A DNA stretch of 64,000 nt from Epiperipatus broadwayi (lineage: Eukaryota > Animalia > Onychophora). Positions 26,867 through 39,510 of the stretch are shown here, piece by piece. Location: contig JAQFVV010000006.1 of NCBI GenBank assembly GCA_028023455.1, positions 18,414,001 through 18,478,000 of the forward strand, given 5' to 3'. Position 1 is the first letter of the stretch; the number at the start of each line of letters is the position of its first letter. Below the pieces are notes generated by a model that ran no database searches, had not been told where the DNA came from, and saw only the letters and a list, made by a program, of their open reading frames with translations. Both the position numbers and the translations under genes were made by a program.

Positions 26867-27279
26867 TTAGTAACATGATACAAGACCTTATATAATTTTA
26901 GAAACCTAATGTAGCTAATATTAGCAACGTAAAAATAAGGAGGGATCAGCAGAGCCTTTTCAAAATGCATGACATTTTCAATTAGTCTTGAACAAAATAT
27001 CTCTAGTAATTAAAACTAGAATAAATTGAATATGGATTCTAACTTTTGCAACAACTGTTCATTCTGTGTACATATTATATATATATATCAATGATGGGAA
27101 AATGCTGCCCCTCAGAACCTCATGCAGCTCTTAATCGAGCTAAGTGTGGCTGCCATTGTAATCTGATTTTATTTTTATTATTTCAGTTTTTTTTTTTTAA
27201 TTGCACGAAAATTTGTAACATAATAGAAATTTTTCTCAAACAATTGTATTAATTATTTTAATATAATGGTCAGGGTGTA

Positions 27280-27430
27280 TTAGAGTCTTACAGTATCTGC
27301 CATACAAGGGTGCCACCAGGCCATTTGAACCTGGAAAATTTATATAGTAGGCACATACTTACTGTTAAGATCCAATTTTTATTTTCTAGTGACCATTAGC
27401 CCATGTCACTAGCTCAAGGAGATGCAGAGA
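27280..27430 (-). mobile_element. Possible tRNA-derived SINE relic
   Basis: The minus strand has an A-box-like TGGGCTAATGGTC and a B-box-like CCAGGTTCAAAT. It is a single copy here and no TSD was seen. Confidence 0.25.
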
Positions 27431-28546
27431 TTTAATATAAAACCTTTTAAAAATATATTTTTAATATTAAAAAAGTAAAATAAGCCACTGACAGTAATAA
27501 CACACAAAAAACATTTATTAATGCACATATATAAATATTTAAAATTGAGGAATAAATTTAGACTTTACTATTAATTTTAAATTGGTTATTATTTTTTAAA
27601 TTTAAATTATTATTTAAGAAAGTCCACACAGATGGATATTTTAATAAATTTTACTTTAGAATGTTGAGTATAGATAGGCTACATAGATTTCTCAGTTAAA
27701 AACTTTTTAAAACAATCATTCAATCTCAGACTAAAAGTTCGTAACAAGACCAACACTTGCTTCCTGATATACAGATGCAACCAATGCAATATAAAGATGC
27801 TAGCATTAAACCACACAGTCAGGAATGTGCATCTGCTGCATGATATTATTTGAAGGATATGATCCTCGTCCAGTACAGGAATGTGCGTCTGTCTGGTGAG
27901 GGAATCATGTAATAAAATATTTAAGAAGTACTACGTATGGTGGGAGAGTGGGGCTTTTGCCGACTTATAGTCCTTATCCATAGAGCTAAAGGAAGTCAAT
28001 GTCGCAGGAAATACATCTGCATACATTGACGCAATGACTACACCTTAGGGTCATACACTCAGTTGGGCTTTGCCCTGTATGCTAACACCCTTAACATTGC
28101 ATTAATATAAACACCCATATATCTCTCTACTAGCATTGACCTAACTATGAGACAAATAGTCTGAAATTTAAACCCCTTTAAAATAAACATAAATGATTGA
28201 AACATAAAGTTATTAATTGAAAATTGCTGAGGGAAATTTACAAGAAAGTAAACCTAATGTTCTGCATCATAAAGTGCCGCATTGACAACAACAATTTAAA
28301 ACATATACCAGTAAATACGTTTAGACACTCATCATGAGGTGTCATATTTACCGATATATATATATTTCACGCAAATGAAAATCTTAAAAAAATAACTAAT
28401 CTAAATGTTAATAAATCTGTGCAGCTATCTACACCCAACTTAAATTTAATACATTTTAATTAACACATCATAAAAAAAGTGGAAATGATTAATTAAACAT
28501 ATGCATAAAAATTATTATTAATAATTGATTTGGAAATTTCCTTTTT

Positions 28547-29002
28547 AGGTCAGATAAGAGTTCTTATTTTCAGTTACTAATTGCAAATTTGAAAAAGTTC
28601 ATATTAGATGAACACAAGAGTTCATATTGTATGGATTCTGCAGATTTAGAGGTCCATCTTCATGATCACTTGCGTAGATTGTTTGTTCTTCTTGAAATGA
28701 AGCCACTGCTTGCCATTCCTTTGGTCAAGAATTGTCATCGGGAGGCCTCATCTGGTTGTCAAGAAATTAAATCTATTGCAAGACTTGTACATCATGGCAT
28801 CTGCAATACCGCTACAGTTCATATATAGATTAATAGTCAGCTCTAAGACAATAACTCATTTTTTTATAGGGTTAGACCTTATCAGTAAATTTTCGGATCC
28901 ATCGAGCAAGACATCACTAATCCTAGAGTCTCTTTTTTGGTCCGTGCTGTGGCTTGATGCTTCCATTGGTCAAGCTAACTTTTTTATTCTCTTATCTGAC
29001 CT
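28547..29002. mobile_element. MITE / non-autonomous DNA transposon, 456 bp
   Basis: Perfect 14-bp terminal inverted repeat (TIR): AGGTCAGATAAGAG (28547-28560) and CTCTTATCTGACCT (28989-29002). Flanks are T-rich (possible 3-bp TSD) and the interior is visibly GC-richer than the flanks. Confidence 0.7.
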
Positions 29003-31379
29003 TTTAATTATTTAAGTGCCCCAAGAGCTAGTGTGCTTTGCATTTAATTAATAAAACAATCATTTCCATTTTAAAATTAAAACATGATTTTTTTTAAAAA
29101 ATTGAATCTAATTAATATTTTTCTTTTCATTGTTTTTAAATGAAAAATATTAATCTTTATCTTAAGAACCTTTTTTTTTTTTTTTACAAAAAGTACTTTT
29201 AAATACTTTTTTTTAAAAAAAAAAGTTTTAAAGATTTTCATCTGTGCGATATATATGTTAACATAACTCTTAATTTTGGCTTTTAGTTTTTAATAAAACA
29301 ATTTTACTTGAGATTTATTTTCCCCTTTATTTTAATTTTAAAATAATATAAGGGCATGTGTATAACATTACAGTATATACATACATAATATTTTTAAATA
29401 CATTGGCAAACTTTGTTAATGACATCCACTGTATCTTATAAAAATTATTACATACGCATATTGGTGTGATCACTTGTATATTTCTAACTTGTGCAGTTTT
29501 GTAGTTGTATATTTCAATGATTATTTTCCTATCAGCTATAGGTCCTATGTTATATTTTTAAAAAAAAATCTGATATATAAACTGTTTTATTAAGCAATTT
29601 AAACTTGTTAACGATGATGTGTAATTTTTCTGTTGAATCTCTAAAGATGTGTGCAAATTAAGAAATTTGTTTTAATTGTTTATAATTAGTGCACTTTGGA
29701 GTTTCCTGTTTTTTTAACTTACATATCTAAGTCGCCATTTTGAATTTTAAAAAAAATTACAACAAATATAATTTATAACATCTTCTGTTTTAATATAGTA
29801 AAATATAAAAATAAAGAGCAAATATGAAAGAATGTAATAAAGCTGATAAAATAGTCATTACCTCAAAAAAAAAAAAATTAAGGAAAAAAGAGATTTTTAA
29901 CACTATTAAACGTGTTTATTTTTACATTGGTTCACAAATTCTAAATTTTGAAAGTTAAATGTTAAAATGACAATTTCATAGACAGCTTTATCACATTTGT
30001 CATAAAATGCTGAAAAAAGTGATATATAACATGACTTACCTGAGGTAATTTTTCATTGTAAAAATTACAAAAACAATGAAATTGGTGACTTTCATTTTTA
30101 CTTGCTGATCCTGTCCTTTCATATCAGGCTATCTGCTAGAAATGTTTGGTTGTCCTTCCATGCAGGGCATCTGTTAGAAATATGTTTGGTTTTTTAGTGG
30201 GGAGGGGGGTAACAGTAAGAACAGTTTATGAGATATTATGCTAAGAGAACTTTAATAAATTGTAATGTATTCTTTTCAAGTAAATAAAGTGTACTCAAAA
30301 AATAAATATCAAACAAAAATTTCTCTAAGATAAAATGAATAAAAACTAAACAAATCAATTAATATCAAAATTAAAAAAAATATTATGAATACTGATTATA
30401 TATATGTGTGTGGGAGATGATGTATGAGGATGGCTGAGGGTCCTTCAAAGTTTGTGTTCCAGAGATTATTACAAAATTGTAACAAATGAGTACAATGTTA
30501 TTGTAATCATACAATAATTGAATGATCATTTAAATAAAATCATAATATATCTTGGCTAGTGCACTAAATATGTAGGTATATGATTGAGTCTGGATGTGCA
30601 TGTTTTTTTATCATTGAAATGTAAATTGCCTAAAATTCTATAGCATATTTATTGTTTTCTACACATCTGTAATTATATAAAAAAATAAGTAATAAAAATA
30701 AATAATAAAACTAATTGAATACTTACTGATCTCTCCTTCCCCATGACACTTAAACGTTATTGTTCGATTTCAAATTTCAGTCTGGTCATGAAGAAGGCCT
30801 TAGCTATGGTTACCATGGTTGTCTTTGCAAATAAAATGATTCCAATCCTTTTTTTTTTTTTTGGCATTGCAGCTTCTAGATCTGAACTGTCACTAAAATG
30901 AGCTTCTAGAAAAAAAGGCTGACAAATACATGCATCAGCAATTTCATATCCATATCAGAGCTAAAACAAACGAAGCCAATTCAGCAGTAACAAAAAGTTA
31001 TGATTAGTAAATCTAAAAAATTAGAAAAAAAAATAAAATTAAAAATTGTATTTCAGAAAAAAAATCGTAAAAAATTCAAATTTCATCATAGAAAAAAAAT
31101 ACATACATCTTTTTCAACATAACAAAATGGCGGAATGAATGGTCTGAGACCCATAAGTGTACAATTTATCAATTCTGTGCAAACTCAGTTGAAATGTAAA
31201 CTTCTGAAAAGTGTCACTAAAGAGGCTCATAAGGCAAAAAGAGTTTTAAAACAATTGCTCTTGAAATAAAACTGGAATGCATTTGCTTGATTTTGGTTAT
31301 ATTGTTTCTATTTTTGTTAGTAAATAATAATAAAACAAACATTTAAGAATTATCAGGAATATCAACCAAAAATTCTAAA

Positions 31380-33268
31380 TTGTTTTTATTCTTATTTTAT
31401 TTTAAGAAGTCCTGTTTCTTCAACAATTTGTTGCACCATTCACAATCTTTTATTTGTAAAGTTTCAATTGCAAACAGCAAAGAAGCATTTTTTTGTCATC
31501 GACATTACAAAGTAAGTCATCCTCATTTTTCAACTCAATATCTATACAATTCAAAATTTCAAACAGACAAACTTAAGTCATTGCAATCACGTCTTCATAT
31601 GTAACAAGGACTGTTGTTTTTTTTAGTTGTAAAGATGACAGAGCCAACAAAGCTAGTTTTTTGATAGCTTGAAATATTGCTCATGTCAAACATCCTTATG
31701 GAGGAGAATTTATTAAAAGAAACTTGGAAGAAGTGATTAAAGTTTTGGATTCAGATAATATATAACTGTATGAATTGATCACACAACTTCCTATATCACC
31801 TCATACAACTGAACATCATATTAATAAAAATGTTGAAAATAGTTTAATGTGGATTTGAAAAATTGTAAAGCATTCATTTTAGCTCTTGGCAAGTCTACAG
31901 ATATTCAGAATGTTCCACAATTGGCTATTTTGTTTGCTATATATCTGCAGATATAAATGTGAAGGAAGAAATGTTAGACCTACTAGCTCTTACCAAACAA
32001 TTCACAGTATCAATGCCAGAAATATGCTTGATGAGGTAATGAACAGGTTTGAATTACCTCATGATAAGCTTGTAAGTGTTGTGACTGACAGAGTCCCTGC
32101 AATTCCACATTTTGTATCTCTTCATTGCATAAATCGCTGCAATCATCTCATAGTGATGCACTTAAAATATGAAAATGTATGGAAGATTGTTTTGCGGAAC
32201 TTTTTAGAAGAATTAAATGTCAAAACAGATGAATTACTCAGTGATTTCTCATTATGGTTTGTTATAAAATGGCTGTCAACTTACAATGTTTTGAGCCATT
32301 TTGTGGAACTCCTAAATCCTGCCATAACATTTTTAAAGAAAAAGAAAAAAATATCTAGAATTAGAAAATGAAACTTGGCTTTCTGATTTAATGTTTCTTA
32401 CAGACATTATGGAACATAAGGAAAAAGTGATCAAGGATTTGTCACAAACTATTTAGTTTTGAAGCTAAACTTTGGCTCTTTGTGCATAATTCTAAGTCCA
32501 GAATATTTAATCATTTTCTATGAGTAAAAAAATATATAATTAATATCAAAAAAGAATTAGATGAATATATAGAAAAATTAAAAGGATTGCGAGCTCAGAT
32601 GTAAGTTTGAAGTTTGAAAAGTTTTAAATTTACATTTGCATTTTTTGTGAACCCATTTATTTGTGATATTATTGAAGATGTATTTCCAATTTTTGAAATA
32701 ATACTTGAGATAAAAGAGGATCAGGCATGCAAATGCATCCCAAATCTGGCTCTCTTACTGAATTTTGGAAATTCATGCCAGAATCAAATATCCACACTTA
32801 AAGAAAACTGTTTGCTGTCTAATTTCAATTTTTGGTACAACATATTGCTGTAAATTGTTGCATTCCACATTGAAATTTGTAAAGTTGAAGTATTGTCCAC
32901 AGCTGACCAATCAGCATTTCACAGAAGTGCTGCGAACAGCTTTAACAAATTATTCCGCAAATTTTAAATATTTAACTAAAGGTCTTCATTAAATCTTATA
33001 CTTTTTATTAATGAATTATTATTATTATATTTTATTTTAATTATTAAAATTTTGAAATAATTATTTTGTATTTTATTTCTCTGAATTATATTTTCTTATA
33101 TATGTAGCACTTAAAACTTGTGTAGATTATGTCATCATATTAATTACATTAAATAAAAATTAACTATATGTATTTATTTTTGTGTACTTAAATAATATGG
33201 TATGGCTCTTTACAATGTATGAAAAACTGGCATGCGGGTCCCATTGACCTCATGTGTGCCTACCCCTG
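31380..33268 (+). mobile_element. hAT (Charlie/GTF2IRD2-like) DNA transposon relic
   Basis: Broken transposase motifs: KASFLIAxNIAHVKHPYGGEFIK; STDIQNVPQLAIF; KLVSVVTDRVPAI (TDGAPAM); LHCIN; IKWLS..VLSHFVELL (RWLS). The 3' TIR ...TGCCTACCCCTG (reverse complement CAGGGGTAGGCA) ends at 33268. The 5' TIR was not found. Confidence 0.85.
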
Positions 33269-33465
33269 GTATATATATATACACAATTATTGAATTCTTT
33301 TTTATGAATAAAGTAACTCACATATATTAATAATTACATTACTCAGCCAAATATATTTAAATTGGTTTATTTAATAATGCTTGTTTTTATTTTTGTTGTA
33401 GATTATTTAAAAATTGCTTAATTGTTGTTTATTTTAATTCTTCAAAATATTTTTTTCTATTCTAG

Positions 33466-33608
33466 TGGAAAAATTGAATTCTATAGCAACTTTAATGGAA
33501 GCTTTTGGCAACAGTCGGACAATGCTTAATACCAATGCCACCCGTTTTACACAGTTGTTTTCTATGGACTTTGATCATTCAGGCCAAATTGTCTCAGGAT
33601 CAGTGCAG
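33466..33608 (+). CDS. Myo18a: Myosin XVIII exon (switch I region)
   Basis: ttctattctAG|TG GAA AAA...GTG CAG|GTGACA encodes (V)EKLNSIATLMEAFGNSRTMLNTNATRFTQLFSMDFDHSGQIVSGSVQ. Phase 1 to 0 fits the neighbouring exons. NATRF in place of NSSRF is typical of class XVIII. Confidence 0.95.
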
Positions 33609-34383
33609 GTGACATTTATAATACATAAATAATTTTATTGCTTCATATTTTGATATTTTTATAATCATTACGTTAAGATGATGTTCTACTTAAACAATCG
33701 CTTAAAATAAAATATATCTGTACTGTGCATATTTTACTTGAAGTGAAGCACAGTAAGGTAAGAATAGTAAAGGATTATGTATTTTTTTGCCTTCCGTGGT
33801 TCAGTGCAGTGGAAAAGTGGAGCCAATTTAGATGCAGATCTTTCACTTAAACTTCTTAAGAACTCCCAAGCAGTATCTTATGAATTTTGAAAGTGTAGAA
33901 ATGGATTTTATTTATTGTATAAGTTAAATATTTTACATAAAACAAAACCATGACGGGTTTCGTAGAAATGAATTTTTATTAGAAGTTATGATAAGATTGC
34001 ATGAAGACCATGAAAGAATTTTTTAATGTTAAATGGGTTGTTGTTGGATTTTTTTGAGATTAGAAAGTAAACAAAGTGATAATCGATTTAATTAGAGGGG
34101 ATTTGAAAAGTAAATATGTACCTTATTATCAAAGAAAAATGTTAGAAACACATGTGGATATGGAGGTATAATACTGCAAGATTGATGTTAAATGAAACAA
34201 TATCAAAATTAGCTAAATCAATTTATTATATCACATGATCACCATTTCTTATGCTTGCTTATAACTGTTATAAAAACAGGTAAAAACTCATTATACATAT
34301 TACCACACAGCAAGCTAGAGTAATTAATGGATGCCAGAAGGCTTGTACATAAAATCCCCATCTAGTGCCTACTCATCCAATAT

Positions 34384-34423
34384 CCCCAGACTGGTTTCTG
34401 GCTTGTGACCTTCATCAGTGAGG
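34384..34423 (-). ncRNA. Minimal hammerhead ribozyme, family A
   Basis: The reverse complement reads CCUCA CUGAUGA A GGU-CACAA-GCC A GAAA CCAG UC UGGGG. Confidence 0.7.
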
Positions 34424-34937
34424 AGCCTTGGATCTGAGAGCACTGCGCCTAGATCTTAGGATCTAATGCAACCCTCCAGCAGCCACCTTTTATCTCTACT
34501 TAACTACAAAACTATGAGTCTTAAATTGAAAACACCTTAATATTTTCAATTCAAACCCACCAGCTTATATAATCATATAGGTCTGGTCAGTACCCATACA
34601 TTTTTATGTTTTTGGTTCTTTAACATCCATAGCCACTAATATCCTATTAGGCAGGATTGGTTTAAAGCCAATAAACATCACATGATCATTATTTCTTATG
34701 CTTGCTTATAACTGTTATTAAAACAGTCAAAAACTCACTATACGTATTGCCACACAGCAAGCTAGAGTAATCAATGGATGCCAGAAGGCTATATAAGCTG
34801 ATGGGTTTGGATTGAAAATTTTAAGATGTTTTCAATTTAAGACTCATAGTTTTGTAGTTAAGTAGAGATAAAAGGTGGCTGCTGAAGGGTTGAATTAGGT
34901 CCTAAAATCTAGCTACAATGCTCTCAGATCCAAGGCT

Positions 34938-34977
34938 ACTCACTGATGAAGGCCATAAGCCAGAAACTAGTCTGGGG
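34938..34977 (+). ncRNA. Minimal hammerhead ribozyme, family A
   Basis: ACUCA CUGAUGA A GGC-CAUAA-GCC A GAAA CUAG UC UGGGG: palindromic CUAG stem III, GUC site, predicted cut after 34972. Confidence 0.75.
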
Positions 34978-36657
34978 ATATTGGATGAGTGGGCATTAGA
35001 TGGGGATTTTATGCACAAGCCTTCTGGCATCCATTGATTACTCTAGCTTGCTGTGTGGCAATACGTACAGTGAGTTTTTTTCCTATGTTAATATCAATTT
35101 ATTATAGTTGAAATTATTTTCAAATGGCTTAGTATTTTTTTTCTGAGGCAGCTGGCTTATAATTAAGCAAATTTGTCACTAGTTAGCAAAGATATCTTTC
35201 AGCTAGATGATAAAATGAATTGGAGAACCACTCAAATTTTCGCCAACTCACATTTGGCAAACCTGATGAATAATTTTTATTTTATTGATCCTTTATAAGG
35301 AACTCTTGGAAATTTTTGTCCTGCTTTGAATTATTCATTTAAAAGACTGATTTATATACCATTTATCAACTATATATAAATAATACAGGTTTATTCCTAA
35401 CAAATTTTCATTTTGAAAAAGAAGAGAAAAATACTTTCAAGATGATCATGGGAACTTATAGTAAGATTAAAATACTGCAGCTAAATTTAGAGAAAGAAAT
35501 AATAAAGGACTGGAAAAAGAAACTAAACTATATTTAAAAAGAAATACAAAAGAAGTGAATGTGGAAGCATTTAAATGCAGCATAGCAAGGTTGGATTATA
35601 TTTTAGCTAACAGCAAATATATGCTTAATAGATTAAATAAAATAAAGTGATTACCAATTATCCAGAAGAAACATATATTAAAATAAATGCTAGAAAGATT
35701 AAAAAATCTTTTAAGAAAGACAGTAGTAATAATTGTCATCTTATTCTTAAAAAATTTCAATAAATGTAATTAAGCTTGAACTTAGAAATTATTTTAAATG
35801 TTAACAGATTTTGAGTGTAGCTCAAATTTAAAGTAAAAGTCAATAAGGATATCATGGATACTCAACTAAGAATAGATACCTAGATAGAATCAGCAAAAGA
35901 AGAAGAATTCACTAGTAAATTTTCAAATGATACAAAACAATGCATGCAGGAGAATACAAATATTTTGTATAAATGAATTTTGGAAAGAAAAGACAATTGT
36001 GATAAGGCTTGGAAGGTTATAGTTAAGAATTAAATTCTCTGACATATAAAACAACTTCATATTGGAAAGAAAGTTATCTCAAAAATAAACAAGAATAAGA
36101 TGACACTATTACTACAAGAGGAAGAATTCAAAGTCACATGTTTTAAGTGAAGAGGTAAATCCTCTATTTAAGTCCGTGATATTTTAAAAGAATGAGATGA
36201 AAAAATGGAGATATTACTGGCAAAACTATATACCAAATATTGAAATAAAACACACATTAATAAAAATCACTTTCTTGCTGTTTGTCACAGAGCTCATAAT
36301 AAAAACTAAAGTTGCATTTTTAAAAAGCATAAACAAATTTACATTAATAAGAATTATTTTACTTTTTTGTTTGGAAATTATTTCTTTTTTGATAGCATTA
36401 AGAAACTTTCTATTTCTGCTTTTTGGAAAGGCTGTGAAATGACTTGCACACATCCAGTGCGCTGTCCATTATAGCATTTGCATTAATTGACAGTTTTATA
36501 GCTTTTTTATTTAGATTTTTTTTTATATAATTTCATCAATCAATTTTTTAACTCTGCTTTTGAGGTTTGTGGCTCATTTAAAATATATAGGGAGCATATT
36601 TTCATTGTTAAAGATAAAGTAAACAAGCTAAATATCTAGCTTAAACTATATAAAATA

Positions 36658-36761
36658 GTCTTGCATTGGTGGTTGAGTGGTCAGTGCGACTGCCTTGGAC
36701 TTGGAGGCAGTTGTCCGGGTTGCGGGGTCGCACCCCGGCCGATGCTATGACACTTAAAAAA
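36658..36761 (+). mobile_element. Full-length ~100-bp tRNA-derived SINE with a 15-bp TSD
   Basis: A-box TGGTTGAGTGG, B-box-like GGGGTCGCACCCC and an A tail. TSD AAACTATA(T/C)AAAATA at 36643-36657 and 36762-36776. Confidence 0.75.
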
Positions 36762-37501
36762 AAACTATACAAAATATGAAAATGTCTTCATAGCCCCATT
36801 TGTCTTTGATGCTCTTATGAAAACATTAGAATAGCAGTTACATTAAATAGCCCTTTGTGATTTAATGCATTGATAGAGTAGTGGATTCTGAAGCTTAAGA
36901 TCCATGGATTCTGACTCCAACTCAGTTATTTCTGCTGCTTGAACTTTTTATAAACACTTTTCTGAATAAATGCTAATGCAGGATGTTCTGATGATCAAAA
37001 AGATAGTCATCATTTGCAATATAGTAATGGTAAGATTTTTCATAGCCGATAAGACTAATTGGAAATCGGATTTAATTCATAGTTTAATGAAAAGGCTGCT
37101 GTATGCCATTAAAATATTAAATTGTTACAGAAGTAAAAACGTCAACAGAAAAGGACCAAAATATTGAATCCTGGTGCTATGCATTTGAGTAATGAACTTG
37201 AAAAGTAATTTTTTTTAATTAACAAGTTCAACCTGTCACTTTCTCTATTGACCATCATATAATCTCCTGAGCCACTCGATTATTACTACAACCTGGAGAT
37301 CATTTGAATGGTGCGGAGAAAGAAGCTAAAAAGCCATGATTAAGATTTGTATACACACCAATTTTATATTAGAATTATCGTGATGTTCCTAGTTTTTGGT
37401 TGTTTATATTAGATACGTCTTTTTTCATTATTATTATTAAGTAAAAGTTAATTGGAAAAATAAATTTAATAATAATATACTAACTTTATATATATATACA
37501 G

Positions 37502-37602
37502 ATCTCTATGTTGGAAAAACTTCGTTTAATAAGAAGGCCTGAAGGAGAAGCGACATTTCATATATTTTATCAGTTGCTGGCGGGTTGCGATCCATCACAA
37601 AG
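37502..37602 (+). CDS. Myo18a: Myosin XVIII exon
   Basis: tatatacAG|ATCTCTATG...CAA AG|GTATTG encodes ISMLEKLRLIRRPEGEATFHIFYQLLAGCDPSQ(R). Phase 0 to 2. Confidence 0.95.
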
Positions 37603-38389
37603 GTATTGCTAACATTTTCTTTTCATTAATTTTTAACCCGTTCTAATAGGATGTTTATTGATTGAAATACAGAATTTTATCTTTTTTTTTTTTTTTGAGG
37701 GAGAAAAAATATTGCTTACATAGATTATTTTCTTTAGAAATTTCTTTATTATATTTCTAAAATATAATGAAATGTTTTTCAAAAATATAATTACATTTTA
37801 AATTAAAATTAATGATTTTTTATATAAATTTTCTAATAAGATTATCTATAAAATATAATTTAATCTAAATTTGAAATAATTTCAATTTATTTGCTTAAAA
37901 CCTACAGTTTTTAATATATATGTTATTTTGTGTATGCAATTTCTGACTTTATATGTGTTCGTGTGAAAATAGAGCACATAAGATTTTAAAAGGTTATATG
38001 TGTGTGTAATAATTAATTATTACACTGTAGAAGTATATGAAAACCAAACAGATGTCGTATCTGTTTTCTAGCACTACATTTATGTTTTGAATAACACTTG
38101 AGCTCATCACGAAAGCTGGAGACCTGTGTTGATAGTATCAAACTATCAACATGAATATGGAGATCTGAGAATTAAATTCAAGTCTTAGCTTACCTGATGA
38201 GTTGAGATAGTTTATTAAATGCATTTATAGTGGGATAGAATGGATTGGAGACTTTATATTAGGAGTTGGTTATGATATAAATATATCTGTTCAACCATAT
38301 ATATATAATTTTCATATCTATAACTTTTCAAAAAAGGAAATAAAAAGATTGATAGCAATGACTAAAAGTTAACATCTATAAATATTCTT

Positions 38390-38840
38390 TGGATAATACA
38401 GATGAAAACATAATGGAACAAATTAATTATGGAATTAAACTTGGATAAAATAATTTTGATAGAAATGATTTAATATTAAAAGGAAATACGTTTTAATTAA
38501 TTTTTTTTAAACAATCTTCACATGGATCTGAGACTTGGACACTTAAATAGAACAGGAATATAGAAACTTCAGACTACATTACATAATATGGAAAGATATA
38601 TGGCAGAATTAACAAGAAAAGACCAAAAGATAAATGCATAACAGGAAACAAACATTTAAATTGACATCATTGGAAAAAATAAGAAATTGAATATATGTAA
38701 CTATAAGATACAAGAATTTTTAGGACAATTTTAAAATTGGATCCCAAGAGATTGCAGAAGAGTTGAAAAGAAATTATATGTGAATGAGATAAGCAAGTTT
38801 GTTGGAATGATGTGGAGAAAAAATGCTATGGATTAGGAAA
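38390..38840 (+). mobile_element. 3' fragment of the same RTE family, decayed
   Basis: Aligns by eye to ~45415-45900 (e.g. GGATCTGAGACTTGGACACTT and GGAT(T/C)CCAAGAGATTG). Confidence 0.75.
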
Positions 38841-39290
38841 ACTATTAAACTCAGAGACTTTCATTCCTGCAGTTGATAAAAGCAAAACACAAAGACATCT
38901 ACTATATCAAATGTATAAATCATAAAGTATTATAAACTGCTAAGTTTATATATTCACTACATTGTATATGCTTGTATAATAATTGTTATTATTATAATAA
39001 TAATATTTTTTATTATAGTTGTTGTTGTTTTTTATTTGATCATTTGACATGATCTCTGGTAATCATGGAAATAGCATTTTGTAAAATGATCTATCATTTG
39101 TTTGGTAGCATTCAAAGGCGTCTTCATTCCTGTGATTTAGATTTCATCCACATTATTACTAAGCATCATCTTTTTCTTAATTCTTTAAGTTTTAACTTTG
39201 GCATCCACAGAGTGTGAACAAGAAATAAAAAATCTGATCCTTTTTAAAGATATATAAACATTAAAAGCATAAAGCTAAATTAATCAATAA

Positions 39291-39510
39291 ATAATCAAAA
39301 TTATCCCACATTCAGAACTCAACCAGACTAGCCAAAAAATAAACTCTAAACACAACCAATGGTTTCATTGCTACAAGCAGACTTCTCAAATATAAAGAAC
39401 TACATTTACTTGAGAAGTCTGCTTGCAGCAGTGAAACCAGCAGTTATGTTTTAGAGTTAATTTTTTTGGTTAGTCTGATTGAGTTGTGAATTTGGGATAA
39501 TTTTGATTAT
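39291..39510. repeat. 220-bp fold-back with a variant-hammerhead-like motif in each arm
   Basis: The ~100-bp arms 39291-39389 and 39410-39510 surround a 20-nt spacer. Each arm carries UUGAGAA GU CUGCU-UG(C/U)-AGCA(G/A) U GAAACCA, facing outward. Confidence 0.7.

Larger units (their letters stand above)
34230..35079. mobile_element. ORF-less fold-back element of family A with an outward-facing hammerhead pair and 447-bp terminal redundancy
   Basis: 34282-34570 is inverted to 34791-35079 (289-bp arms, few mismatches). 34230-34343 is directly repeated at 34677-34790 (period exactly 447). Confidence 0.85.
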
